DNA from: Candidatus Poriferihabitaceae bacterium
Lineage (GTDB): Bacteria > Pseudomonadota > Gammaproteobacteria > Arenicellales > Poriferihabitantaceae
Length of the DNA: 64,000 bases
Assembly: GCA_965212085.1 (NCBI GenBank)
Contig: OZ243042.1
Location: forward strand, 1,921,796-1,985,795
Reading direction: 5' to 3'
A program made the translations under genes and the position numbers. Positions within the stretch are counted from its first letter, which is position 1, and each line of letters begins with the position of its first letter. Below the pieces are notes generated by a model. It was not told the DNA's origin, searched no databases, and saw nothing but the letters and a program-made list of their open reading frames with translations. Positions 1 to 8,383 of the stretch are shown here, piece by piece.

Positions 1-1
1 C

Positions 2-970
2 GGCCCGCGCCTGATGGCGGTGAACGCCGACGAAGGCGAACCCGGCACCTTCAAGGACCGCTTCTACCTGGAATCCGACCCGCACCGGTTCATCGAAGGA
101 ATGTTGATCGCCGCCTGGGCGGTGGCCACGGAAAAATGCTACCTCTACGTCCGCGACGAGTATCCGGCGGTGCGCGAAATCCTGAAATCGGAACTCGCCA
201 AAGTGCGCGCCGCGGGTCTCGCCGAACATACCGAACTCATCATCCGCCGTGGCGCGGGCGCCTACATCTGCGGCGAAGAATCCGCGATGATCGAATCCAT
301 CGAAGGCAAGCGCGGCCTGCCCCGCAACCGCCCGCCCTACGTCGCCGAAGTCGGGCTGTTCGGCAGGCCGACGCTGGAACACAACGTGGAAACCTTGTAC
401 TGGGTGCGCGACATCGTCGAGAAAGGCGCGCAGTGGTTCGCCGGTGCCGGGCGGCGCGACCGCAAGGGATGGCGCAGTTATTCGGTTTCCGGGCGGGTCA
501 AAAATCCCGGCGTCAAACTCGCCCCCGCCGGCATCAGCGCCCTTGAGTTGATCGAAGAATACTGCGGCGGCATGCTCGACGGCCACACCCTCAAGGGCTA
601 CCTGCCCGGCGGCGCATCGGGCGGAATCCTGCCCGCGTCAAAAGCAGACGCACCCCTCGACTTTGATACGCTGCAAGAGTTCGGCTGCTTCATCGGCTCC
701 GCCGCCATCGTCATTTTCAGCCGGCACGACAACATGAAAGACGTGGCGCTCAACCTCATGCGTTTTTTCGAAGACGAAAGCTGCGGGCAATGCACGCCGT
801 GCCGGGTCGGCACCGAAAAAGCGGTTGCGTTAATGACCAAACCGAAGTGGGACACCGCCCTGCTCGCGCAGTTGAGCGCAGTGATGGCCGACGCCTCCAT
901 CTGCGGCCTCGGCCAGGCCGCCGGTAATCCGATTAACTGCGTGATTAAGTATTTTCCGGAGGATTTGTAA
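2..970 (+). CDS. fdsB: NAD-dependent formate dehydrogenase beta subunit (NuoF-like), 5' end cut by window edge
   Basis: Reading frame is open to the left edge. NuoF-type motifs GAGAYICGEESAMIESIEGKRG (FMN/NADH site) and ESCGQCTPCRVG (4Fe-4S). Lies directly upstream of the fdsA-like gene. Confidence 0.85.
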   Translation, partial: GPRLMAVNADEGEPGTFKDRFYLESDPHRFIEGMLIAAWAVATEKCYLYVRDEYPAVREILKSELAKVRAAGLAEHTELIIRRGAGAYICGEESAMIESIEGKRGLPRNRPPYVAEVGLFGRPTLEHNVETLYWVRDIVEKGAQWFAGAGRRDRKGWRSYSVSGRVKNPGVKLAPAGISALELIEEYCGGMLDGHTLKGYLPGGASGGILPASKADAPLDFDTLQEFGCFIGSAAIVIFSRHDNMKDVALNLMRFFEDESCGQCTPCRVGTEKAVALMTKPKWDTALLAQLSAVMADASICGLGQAAGNPINCVIKYFPEDL

Positions 971-1441
971 TTGCGAAAATTACCCACACAGATTGTCGGT
1001 AACATCGGGCTTTTTCATGTTTGCCGCGAACTTTCAAGAAGGGGGTTTAATGTTGTTCCGACTTCTCGGAACACAAAATCTGTTGATGTGATTGTTGGAA
1101 CGGAAGATTTTTCCCGTCACAAAACGGTCCAGGTCAAGACCACCACAACCAACCTTGGGACGCGAGTTGGCCCCGCTAAAGCAAGCCGGGAAGAAGCCAT
1201 ACAGCAAGCGAAACTAGCCGATTTTTGGGTATTTGTGCGTCTTGATAAAGAAGATAAGTATGCGGTGTTAGGCGTCTATGTTTGCAAAGGCGGCGACAAA
1301 ACTTTGCTTGTTCAGGGTCACGATTATTGGTGGTATGAACCCTGGTATCCAACGAAAAATGTTAAAGTACGGGATAAGTGGGAGCGTCAAAAAAATGATC
1401 TCGGCTGGCAGATAATCGAAAACGAACTGAACAAAGACTGA
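971..1441 (+). CDS. Hypothetical small protein, candidate PD-(D/E)XK nuclease fold (Hjc/DUF4365-like N-terminal pattern); foreign low-GC insert
   Basis: 156-aa ORF with a TTG start immediately after the fdsB TAA. GGAGGA at 958-963 sits 7 nt upstream. Stop TGA at 1439-1441 is 2 nt before the fdsA ATG. Visibly AT-rich compared with its flanks. Pattern IVGNIGLFHVCRELSRRGFNV...SVDVIV...KTVQVKT resembles the helix - D - (E/Q)xK core of PD-(D/E)XK proteins. Family call is not verified. Confidence 0.55.
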   Translation: MRKLPTQIVGNIGLFHVCRELSRRGFNVVPTSRNTKSVDVIVGTEDFSRHKTVQVKTTTTNLGTRVGPAKASREEAIQQAKLADFWVFVRLDKEDKYAVLGVYVCKGGDKTLLVQGHDYWWYEPWYPTKNVKVRDKWERQKNDLGWQIIENELNKD

Positions 1442-1443
1442 AA

Positions 1444-4275
1444 ATGACCGAAACGAAAACAATAACGTTCACCCTCAACGGCAAACCCGCCCAAGCCCGC
1501 AACGGCGAAACCATCTGGCAGGTGGCGAAGCGTGAAGGGGTTGAGATTCCGCATTTGTGTTATGCCCCGGAACCGGATTACCGGCCGGACGGGAACTGCC
1601 GGGTGTGCATGGTGGAAATCGAGGGCGAGCGGGTGCTGGCGGCGGCGTGTTTGCGAAAGCCCGCCGAGGGGATGGTGGTCAATAGTGCAAGCGGGCGCGC
1701 GAAAAAATCCCGGAGTATGGTGATGGAGTTGCTGCTGGCCGATCAGCCGCCCCGGCAGGTCGCCCACGAGCGCGACTCGAAGTTGTGGCGGTGGGCGGAC
1801 AAGATGTCGGCTGATAATAACGGCAGCGGCGGCGAGGCGCTGGTCGCCGACCGTTTTGAAGCGCGCCCGGCGTCTGCGGTGCCAATCGCTGACACCAGCC
1901 ACCCGGCCATGCACGTTGCCCTGGACGCTTGCATTCAGTGCAACTTGTGCGTGCGCGCCTGCCGGGAGGTTCAGGTCAACGACGTGATCGGCATGGCATT
2001 GCGCGGCCACCGCGCGAAAATTGTTTTTGACATGGACGATCCAATGGGCGCCAGCACTTGCGTCGCCTGCGGCGAATGTGTTCAGGCGTGCCCCACCGGC
2101 GCGCTCATGGAAGCCAGCCTGGTGGATGAAAAAGGCGTGGGCAGGTTTGATTCGCTGGCGGAGTCGGCGGAGCAAACCCACAGCGTCTGCCCGTACTGCG
2201 GGGTTGGCTGCCAGGTTACCTACCAGGTCGCCGATGATGAAATCATCGCGGTTCAGGGGCGGGAAGGCCCGGCCAACCGCAACCGCCTGTGCGTCAAGGG
2301 CCGCTTCGGATACGACTACATCAAGCATCCCCACCGCCTGACCAAACCATTGATCCGCCGAGACGATGCCGCCAAGCGCGGCGATCTCGACCTCGACCCG
2401 GCCAACCCCTTCACCCATTTCCGCGAAGCCGACTGGGATGAGGCGCTGAACTTCGCCGCCGCCGGCCTCCGCAAAATCCGCGATGCCGAAGATGTGGGCG
2501 CGGGCGGCGTGGGCGGCGGCGGTGCGCTGGCCGGTTTCGGTTCGGCGAAATGCTCCAACGAGGAAGCCTACCTGTTCCAGAAACTGGTGCGCGCCGGATT
2601 CGGCACCAACAACGTGGACCACTGCACCCGGTTGTGCCACGCCTCATCGGTGGCGGCGTTGCTTGAGGGCGTCGGCTCCGGGGCGGTTTCGGCACCCTTC
2701 AACGCGGTGGAGGATTCCGACGTGGTGGTGGTGATCGGCGCCAACCCGGTGGGCAATCATCCGGTGGCGGCGACCTTTTTCAAGCAGGCCGCGAAGTCGG
2801 CGGCCTTGATCGTGATGGACCCGAGGGGCACCGGTTTGAACCGCCACGCCACCCACACGCTGCAGTTCAAACCGGGAACCGACGTCGCCATGCTGAACGC
2901 GCTGCTGCATGTAATCATCGAAGAGGAGTTGTACGACCGCGCCTACGTGCAAGCCCATACCGAAGGCTTTGACGAACTCAAAAAACACCTCGTCCCGTTC
3001 ACCCCGGAACAGATGCAAGCGGTGTGCGGCATTGACGCCGGCACCCTGCGCACCGTGGCGCGCACCTACGCCAACGCCAAAGCGGCGATCATTTTCTGGG
3101 GGATGGGCATCTCCCAGCATATCCACGGCACCGACAACGCGCGCTGCCTGATCGCGCTTGCGCTGATTACCGGCCAGGTGGGCCGCCCCGGCACCGGGCT
3201 GCATCCGCTGCGCGGCCAGAACAACGTGCAGGGCGCTTCCGACGCCGGCCTTATCCCGATGATGCTGCCGGACTACAACCTGGTGGACGACGACGCTATT
3301 CGCGCGCGTTTTGAAGACGCCTGGGGAACCCGCCTGGACCCCAGGCGCGGGCTTACCGTGGTGGAGATCATGGACGCCATCCACCGCAACGAGATTCGCG
3401 GTATGTACATCATGGGCGAGAACCCGGCGATGTCGGACCCGGACGCGCAGCACGCCCGCGAAGCGCTGGCCGGGCTGGAACATCTCGTGGTGCAGGATCT
3501 TTTCCTGACCGAAACCGCGTTTTACGCCGACGTGGTTCTGCCGGCCTCGGCGTGGCCGGAAAAAGACGGCACGGTCACCAACACCAACCGCCAGGTGCAG
3601 ATGGGGCGCGCCGCCCTCACCCCCCCCGGTGATGCGCGGCAGGACTGGTGGATTACCCAGGAGATCGCCCGCCGCGTTGGCCTCAAATGGAACTACGCCG
3701 GGCCCGCGGATATTTTCGCCGAGATGGCATCGCTGATGCCGTCCCTGAACCACATCACCTGGCAGCGCGTGGCCGCGGAAAGCGCGGTCACCTATCCCTG
3801 CGAAGGCCCCGATCAAGCGGGCACCGAAATCGTGTTCAACGACGGCTTCCCCACCGCCAACAAGCGTGGCCGGCTGGTGCCGGCGGCGATTGTCGCGCCG
3901 GACGAGTTGCCGGATGACGACTACCCGCTGGTGTTGAGCACCGGCCGCCAGCTGGAACACTGGCACACCGGCGCCATGACCCGGCGCGCCGGCGTGCTCG
4001 ACGAAATCGAACCCGAAGCGGTGGCCACGATGTCGGTCCGGGCGCTGAGCGAACTCAGTATCACCCCCGGCGAGCGCATCAAGGTCAGCACCCGGCGCGG
4101 GGTCATTGAGTTGAAGGCGCGCGCCGACAACGCGGTGCCCCACGGCATGATTTTTATTCCGTTTTGTTACGCCGAAGCCGCCGCCAACACGCTCACCAAC
4201 CCGGCGCTGGACCCGGTCGGCAAAATCCCCGAGTTCAAGTTCTGCGCCGCGCGGGTGGAAAGGGTGCCTGATTGA
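1444..4275 (+). CDS. fdsA: NAD-dependent formate dehydrogenase alpha subunit (Mo-bisPGD, Cys type)
   Basis: 943 aa. N-terminal 2Fe-2S region (CRVCMVE), 4Fe-4S motifs CIQCNLCVRAC and CVACGECVQACP, CPYCGVGC at the start of the molybdopterin domain. Cys rather than Sec in the RLCHASS active-site context. Confidence 0.9.
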   Translation: MTETKTITFTLNGKPAQARNGETIWQVAKREGVEIPHLCYAPEPDYRPDGNCRVCMVEIEGERVLAAACLRKPAEGMVVNSASGRAKKSRSMVMELLLADQPPRQVAHERDSKLWRWADKMSADNNGSGGEALVADRFEARPASAVPIADTSHPAMHVALDACIQCNLCVRACREVQVNDVIGMALRGHRAKIVFDMDDPMGASTCVACGECVQACPTGALMEASLVDEKGVGRFDSLAESAEQTHSVCPYCGVGCQVTYQVADDEIIAVQGREGPANRNRLCVKGRFGYDYIKHPHRLTKPLIRRDDAAKRGDLDLDPANPFTHFREADWDEALNFAAAGLRKIRDAEDVGAGGVGGGGALAGFGSAKCSNEEAYLFQKLVRAGFGTNNVDHCTRLCHASSVAALLEGVGSGAVSAPFNAVEDSDVVVVIGANPVGNHPVAATFFKQAAKSAALIVMDPRGTGLNRHATHTLQFKPGTDVAMLNALLHVIIEEELYDRAYVQAHTEGFDELKKHLVPFTPEQMQAVCGIDAGTLRTVARTYANAKAAIIFWGMGISQHIHGTDNARCLIALALITGQVGRPGTGLHPLRGQNNVQGASDAGLIPMMLPDYNLVDDDAIRARFEDAWGTRLDPRRGLTVVEIMDAIHRNEIRGMYIMGENPAMSDPDAQHAREALAGLEHLVVQDLFLTETAFYADVVLPASAWPEKDGTVTNTNRQVQMGRAALTPPGDARQDWWITQEIARRVGLKWNYAGPADIFAEMASLMPSLNHITWQRVAAESAVTYPCEGPDQAGTEIVFNDGFPTANKRGRLVPAAIVAPDELPDDDYPLVLSTGRQLEHWHTGAMTRRAGVLDEIEPEAVATMSVRALSELSITPGERIKVSTRRGVIELKARADNAVPHGMIFIPFCYAEAAANTLTNPALDPVGKIPEFKFCAARVERVPD

Positions 4276-4318
4276 TGAGGGGCGGCCTGATTTCCCCGGC
4301 CCGGAGGCCCGGACGAAC

Positions 4319-5302
4319 ATGAAAGCGATCCTGCTGAAAGATTTCGGCGGCCCGGAAATGATGGTCTTCGGAGACGCCGAACGCCCGTCCCCCGGCGCCG
4401 GGCAAATTCTCATCAAGGTGGCGGCGACCTCGGTGAACCGCCCCGACGTGATGCAACGCCAGGGAAACTACGCGCCCCCCAAAGGCGAGTCGGAAATCCT
4501 CGGGCTGGAAGCGGCGGGCACGGTGGAGGCCGTCGGCGACGGCGTAACCCAATGGCAAACCGGCGACCGCGTCCTCGCGCTGCTCGGCGGCGGCGGATAC
4601 GCCGAGTACGCCCTCGCCCACGCCGACCACGCCATGCCCGTACCGGAGCGCATGGACTTCCAGCAAGCCGCGTGCGTCTGCGAAACCTACCTGACCGCGT
4701 ACTTGAACGTCTTCATGATCGCCGGGCTGGAAAACAACCAGTCGGTGTTGCTGCACGGCGGCGGCGGCGGCGTCAACACCGCCGCCATCCAGTTGTGCGG
4801 GCAACTGACCCCGCAGTGCGCCGTCATCGTTACCGCCTCCGCCGGCAAGGTGGAACGGGTCAGGCAACTCGGTGCCGATGAAGTAATCAACTACCAAAGC
4901 GAATCATTCGCGCCCAGGGTCAGGGAAATTACCGGCAAGCGCGGCGCTGACGTAATCCTCGACCACATCGGCGCCCCCTACCTGGAACCAAACCTGCAAT
5001 GCCTCGCGGTGGGCGGCACGCTGATGCTGATCGGCGTGCAGGGCGGAGCCGCCGCCGCCGGGTTCAACCTCGCGCTACTCATGGTCAAGCGCCAAAGAAT
5101 CATCGGCTCGGTGCTGCGCTCCCGGCCGCGCGCCGAAAAAGCCGCCATCATCGCCCGCTTCGCCGACACGGTGCTGCCGCTGATGGCCGACGGCGCCATC
5201 ACGCCGCTGATCTCCGAAGTGTATCCCCTGGAAAAAGCCGCCGATGCGCACCGCGCCATGGAAGCTTCCAGTCATTTCGGCAAAATCGTTTTGGCGGTGT
5301 GA
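4319..5302 (+). CDS. NAD(P)H:quinone oxidoreductase, medium-chain reductase (PIG3/Qor-like) family
   Basis: 327 aa. N-terminus MKAILLKDFGGPE...ILIKVAATSVNRPD. Gly-rich nucleotide site LLHGGGGGVNTAAIQL. C-terminus SSHFGKIVL is typical of Qor-type MDR proteins. Confidence 0.85.
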   Translation: MKAILLKDFGGPEMMVFGDAERPSPGAGQILIKVAATSVNRPDVMQRQGNYAPPKGESEILGLEAAGTVEAVGDGVTQWQTGDRVLALLGGGGYAEYALAHADHAMPVPERMDFQQAACVCETYLTAYLNVFMIAGLENNQSVLLHGGGGGVNTAAIQLCGQLTPQCAVIVTASAGKVERVRQLGADEVINYQSESFAPRVREITGKRGADVILDHIGAPYLEPNLQCLAVGGTLMLIGVQGGAAAAGFNLALLMVKRQRIIGSVLRSRPRAEKAAIIARFADTVLPLMADGAITPLISEVYPLEKAADAHRAMEASSHFGKIVLAV

Positions 5303-5345
5303 GCGGCTGAGTCGCTGAGCCGTTGCAAATGTTTCCAACAACCCC

Positions 5346-6146
5346 GTGAACACCCTGGTATTCGACATTGAAACCGTCCCGGACGTCGCCACCGGTGCCC
5401 GCCTGTACGATCTCGATGGTTTGTCCGATGAAGATATTGCGCGGGCGATGTTCACCCGGCGAACTCAAAAAACCGGCGGCTCGGATTTTTTGCCGCTGCA
5501 CCTGCATCGCATCGTGGCCATATCGGCGGTGCTGCGAAGCGGCGATTCGGTTCGGGTGTGGTCCCTGGGCGGCGAAGACGCAACCGAGGGCGAATTGATC
5601 ACCCGCTTCTACGACGGCCTCGACCGCTACACCCCGACCCTGGTCAGTTGGAACGGCGGCGGCTTCGACCTGCCGGTGCTGCACTACCGCTCGCTGCTCA
5701 ACGGCGTGACCGCGAGGCGCTACTGGGAAAGCGGCGACGACGACCGCGCGTTTCGCTACAACAACTACTTGAACCGCTTTCACTGGCGTCACGTTGACCT
5801 GATGGACGTGCTCGCCGGCTTCACCCCGCGGGCCTCGGCGCCCCTCAACGAAATCGCCGTGATGCTCGGCTTTCCCGGCAAACTGGGGATGAGCGGGGCG
5901 GACGTGTGGGATACTTTTCTGGGCGGCGGGATTCGCCGGATTCGCGCCTACTGCGAAACAGACGCGCTCAACACTTTTCTGGTGTACCTCAAGTGGGAAG
6001 TGGTGCGGGGCAACCTGAGCACCGAGTTGTTTGAAAGCGAATGTGCGTTGCTAAAAGCGTGGCTTGAGCAGTCCGGGCAGGAACATTTTCGCGAATTTCT
6101 AGACGCATGGGCGCAGGCGCAGGCAAAAGAGCCGCTCTCCGAATAA
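5346..6146 (+). CDS. Predicted 3'-5' exonuclease, PolB-exonuclease-like RNase H fold
   Basis: 266 aa. N-terminal acidic motif LVFDIETVPD. Later YCETDALNTF matches the ExoIII-type motif of this family. GC3-rich host-like codon usage. Confidence 0.7.
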   Translation: MNTLVFDIETVPDVATGARLYDLDGLSDEDIARAMFTRRTQKTGGSDFLPLHLHRIVAISAVLRSGDSVRVWSLGGEDATEGELITRFYDGLDRYTPTLVSWNGGGFDLPVLHYRSLLNGVTARRYWESGDDDRAFRYNNYLNRFHWRHVDLMDVLAGFTPRASAPLNEIAVMLGFPGKLGMSGADVWDTFLGGGIRRIRAYCETDALNTFLVYLKWEVVRGNLSTELFESECALLKAWLEQSGQEHFREFLDAWAQAQAKEPLSE

Positions 6147-6181
6147 AAAAAATTTCTCAAACACAAAAAATTTTTTTTTCC

Positions 6182-7507
6182 ATGACGCCGATTGAGGGCA
6201 GGGTGGGCGACCTCACCCGCGATGGCGGCGTGGTCAAAACCGGCGACCGGGTCTACATCGTTGACGGCGCTTTGCCGGGGGAGTGGGTGGCGTTCGAACC
6301 GCGCAACAAGCGCCGGGGGAAATTCCGGGGCGTCCTCAAGCGGATTATCGAGCCGTCCGCGGAGCGGGTCGAACCGCGCTGCAACTATTTCGGCGTGTGC
6401 GGCGGCTGCGCCCAGCAGCATATCGCCCCGGCCGCGCAACTCGCCTTCAAGGAAAAGGTTTTGTTCGACTACCTCAGCCGGGACGCCAACGCGCAGCCCC
6501 AACAAAAACTCAAACCGCTCCACGCATCCCCCTGGCACTACCGCCGCAAAGCGCGCCCCGGCATCCGCCACGTGCCAAAAAAGGGCGGCATCCTGGTGGG
6601 GTTTCGGGAGCGTAACAGCAACTACATCACTTCCCTGATGAACTGCCACACGCTGGACGCGCGACTGTCCGCGCTGCTACCCGGCCTGCACGAACTCCTG
6701 GAGCAGATCAGCCGCCCCACCGCCATCCCGCAGATCGAAATGGCCGCGGCGGACAACGCGCCGGCGCTGGTGCTGCGGCACTTGCAGCCGCTGAGCGGCG
6801 CCGACCTTGCCCTGCTGAGGCGTTTTGCGCAGGAGCGGGCGCTGCAACTTTTTCTGCAGCCCGGCGGCTTGGACACGGTGAAACCGCTGTGGCCCGAATC
6901 CCCGGAATCGTTGTACTACCGCCTCGACGACTACGACCTGACGCTGCGTTTCGCGCCGACGGATTTCATTCAGGTCAACGGCGAAGTCAACGCCTTGCTG
7001 GTCAAACTGACGATGGAGTTGTTGAACCCCGTGCCCGGCGACTTCGTTCTCGACCTGTTCTGCGGCCTCGGCAATTTCACCCTGCCCATCGCCCGCAGCG
7101 GCGCGCGCGTGCTCGGCATCGAAGGCGACCCCGCTTTGACCCGCCGGGGCGCCGAAAACGCCGCGCTCAACGACCTTGCGAACGCCGAATTTCAATGCGC
7201 GGACCTGCACCGCGAAAACATCGCCGCGCCCGTCGGAGAAAAGTTTGACAAGGTCCTGCTCGACCCGCCCAGATCAGGCGCCGCCGAAGTGGTAACACAA
7301 CTAATCCCCGCCATCCGCCCACGGGTCATCGTCTACGTATCGTGCAACCCCGCCACCCTCGCCCGGGACGCCAACATCCTGCTCCACGCCCACGGCTACC
7401 AAATGACCCACGCCGGCGTGATAGATATGTTCCCGCACACCGCCCAGGTAGAATCCGTGGCGCGTTTCGAAACACAGGAACCGGCACGGGGCGGCGGGTG
7501 CGCGTGA
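6182..7507 (+). CDS. rlmD: 23S rRNA (uracil-C5)-methyltransferase RlmD/RumA
   Basis: Start moved to the ATG at 6182 (MTPIEGRVGDL, TRAM-like N-terminus). Fe-S Cys cluster CNYFGVCGGCAQQH. SAM-methyltransferase motifs DLFCGLGNF, LDPPRSG and SCNPATLARD. The stop codon lies inside repeat module B (gcgcgTGAcgcgc). Confidence 0.85.
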   Translation: MTPIEGRVGDLTRDGGVVKTGDRVYIVDGALPGEWVAFEPRNKRRGKFRGVLKRIIEPSAERVEPRCNYFGVCGGCAQQHIAPAAQLAFKEKVLFDYLSRDANAQPQQKLKPLHASPWHYRRKARPGIRHVPKKGGILVGFRERNSNYITSLMNCHTLDARLSALLPGLHELLEQISRPTAIPQIEMAAADNAPALVLRHLQPLSGADLALLRRFAQERALQLFLQPGGLDTVKPLWPESPESLYYRLDDYDLTLRFAPTDFIQVNGEVNALLVKLTMELLNPVPGDFVLDLFCGLGNFTLPIARSGARVLGIEGDPALTRRGAENAALNDLANAEFQCADLHRENIAAPVGEKFDKVLLDPPRSGAAEVVTQLIPAIRPRVIVYVSCNPATLARDANILLHAHGYQMTHAGVIDMFPHTAQVESVARFETQEPARGGGCA

Positions 7508-7915
7508 CGCGCATTTGCGGGGGGAGACCCCCCGCATGCCCCCCTTGCGGCGCGGGAAAACATCCTGTTTTCAGCGCCGCCGTGCGCGTCCTGCGCACGC
7601 CGAAGTCAGCGGCTATCGCCGCCGGTTGGACGGCCGCAGAGGTGTAAAGACAGGCAAGGGGAACGATGGGGCTTGGTCGCTTTTTTTGCGTTTCCTTTGC
7701 CTTGCCTTACGCCTCTGCCGTCATACCCGAACGATAGAAAAATAGGGAGCGCCAGCGACTATATTTTTCATCGTATCGGGAACCCGCTTTTTTGGTTCGG
7801 CGATAGCCGGACTGTCGCGCACAGGGATGTGCGCAGCGGCGCTGAAAACAGGATGTTTTCCCGCGCCGCAAAGGGGGGCGTGGGGGGTCTCCCCCCCACA
7901 ATGCGCGTCACGCGC
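7500..7915. repeat. Mosaic palindromic repeat block: module B (inverted, 7500-7620), module E-like segment, module A (7717-7785), module B (forward, 7799-7915)
   Basis: Module B (~115 bp) contains the hairpin cgcgcacagggatgtgcgcg, the palindrome ggggggtctcccccc and the terminal gcgcgtcacgcgc. Module A (~65 bp) is the long imperfect palindrome cattcccgaacgatagaaaaatagggagcg..cgaccatatttttcatcgtatcgggaat. Both recur at 13.5, 17.1, 42.8 and 48.1 kb. Confidence 0.9.
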
Positions 7916-8075
7916 ATACGCAACCCGCGTACCGCGCGCCGCACAGGGGGGCGTGGGGGGTCTCCCCCCACATGCGCGTCACGCGCATACGCAACCCGCG
8001 CACCGCGCGCCGCACAGGGGGGCGCGGGGGGGCTCCCCCCCCACATGCGCGTCACGCGCAACCCGCCCCGCGCCC
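7873..8075. repeat. Tandem repeat, ~72-bp unit, about 2.5-3 copies, extending from the 3' end of module B
   Basis: The atgcgcgtcacgcgc anchor recurs at 7901, 7972 and 8045 (spacing 71 and 73 bp). Unit: ggggggcgtggggggtctcccccc-acatgcgcgtcacgcgcatacgcaacccgcg.accgcgcgccgcaca. Confidence 0.9.
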
Positions 8076-8144
8076 TCGCGTCGCGCCTCGCCGTCAATCC
8101 GCCTGGATTTCCCCCTTTCCCCCTTCCCCCGGAATTTCTGTTAC

Positions 8145-8345
8145 AATTCGCCCCGGCGTTGCCTGCGGTGTTGGTGATGCCCGCCGGATTCCTTAGAACC
8201 TAATCCACATTCCAGGGAACCATAGTTGGGTCGTGGGCGTGTATTACCACGCTATCGTGGTCAATCCCGAAGCGGCTCCCGGTGCCCACTTGAATCTTCC
8301 TGGTTCAAGGGTAATGCGGGCACACGGCGCAGGCGGGCAGCGTCT
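8145..8345 (+). ncRNA. ssrS: Candidate 6S RNA (ssrS), ends approximate
   Basis: Non-coding stretch immediately upstream of the 5-formyl-THF cyclo-ligase gene, the conserved ssrS-ygfA synteny. The 3' part cuugaaucuuccugguucaaggguaaugcgggc resembles the E. coli 6S segment ccuugaaccaaggguucaaggguuacagccugcggc. Distal pairings gcctgcg(8161-8167)/cgcaggc(8328-8334) and tgcccgc(8178-8184)/gcgggca(8316-8322) fit a long rod with internal bubbles. Confidence 0.55.
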
Positions 8346-8383
8346 GTTTGATTACTTTTATGTCGTGTTTGGTGTATTGGTTG

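Noticed and set aside
7873-8075. Tandem ~72-bp repeats considered as a possible CRISPR array.
   Set aside because: The units are contiguous, with no unique spacers between them. The repeat is an extension of the dispersed module B, and no cas genes are nearby.
7673-8203. ORFs spanning repeat blocks (7673..8203, 7768..8097, 13513..13980, 16639..17436, 47952..48218).
   Set aside because: Their sequences derive entirely from palindromic repeat modules and are readable on both strands. They show low complexity (Arg/Pro/Gly runs), no RBS and no motifs.
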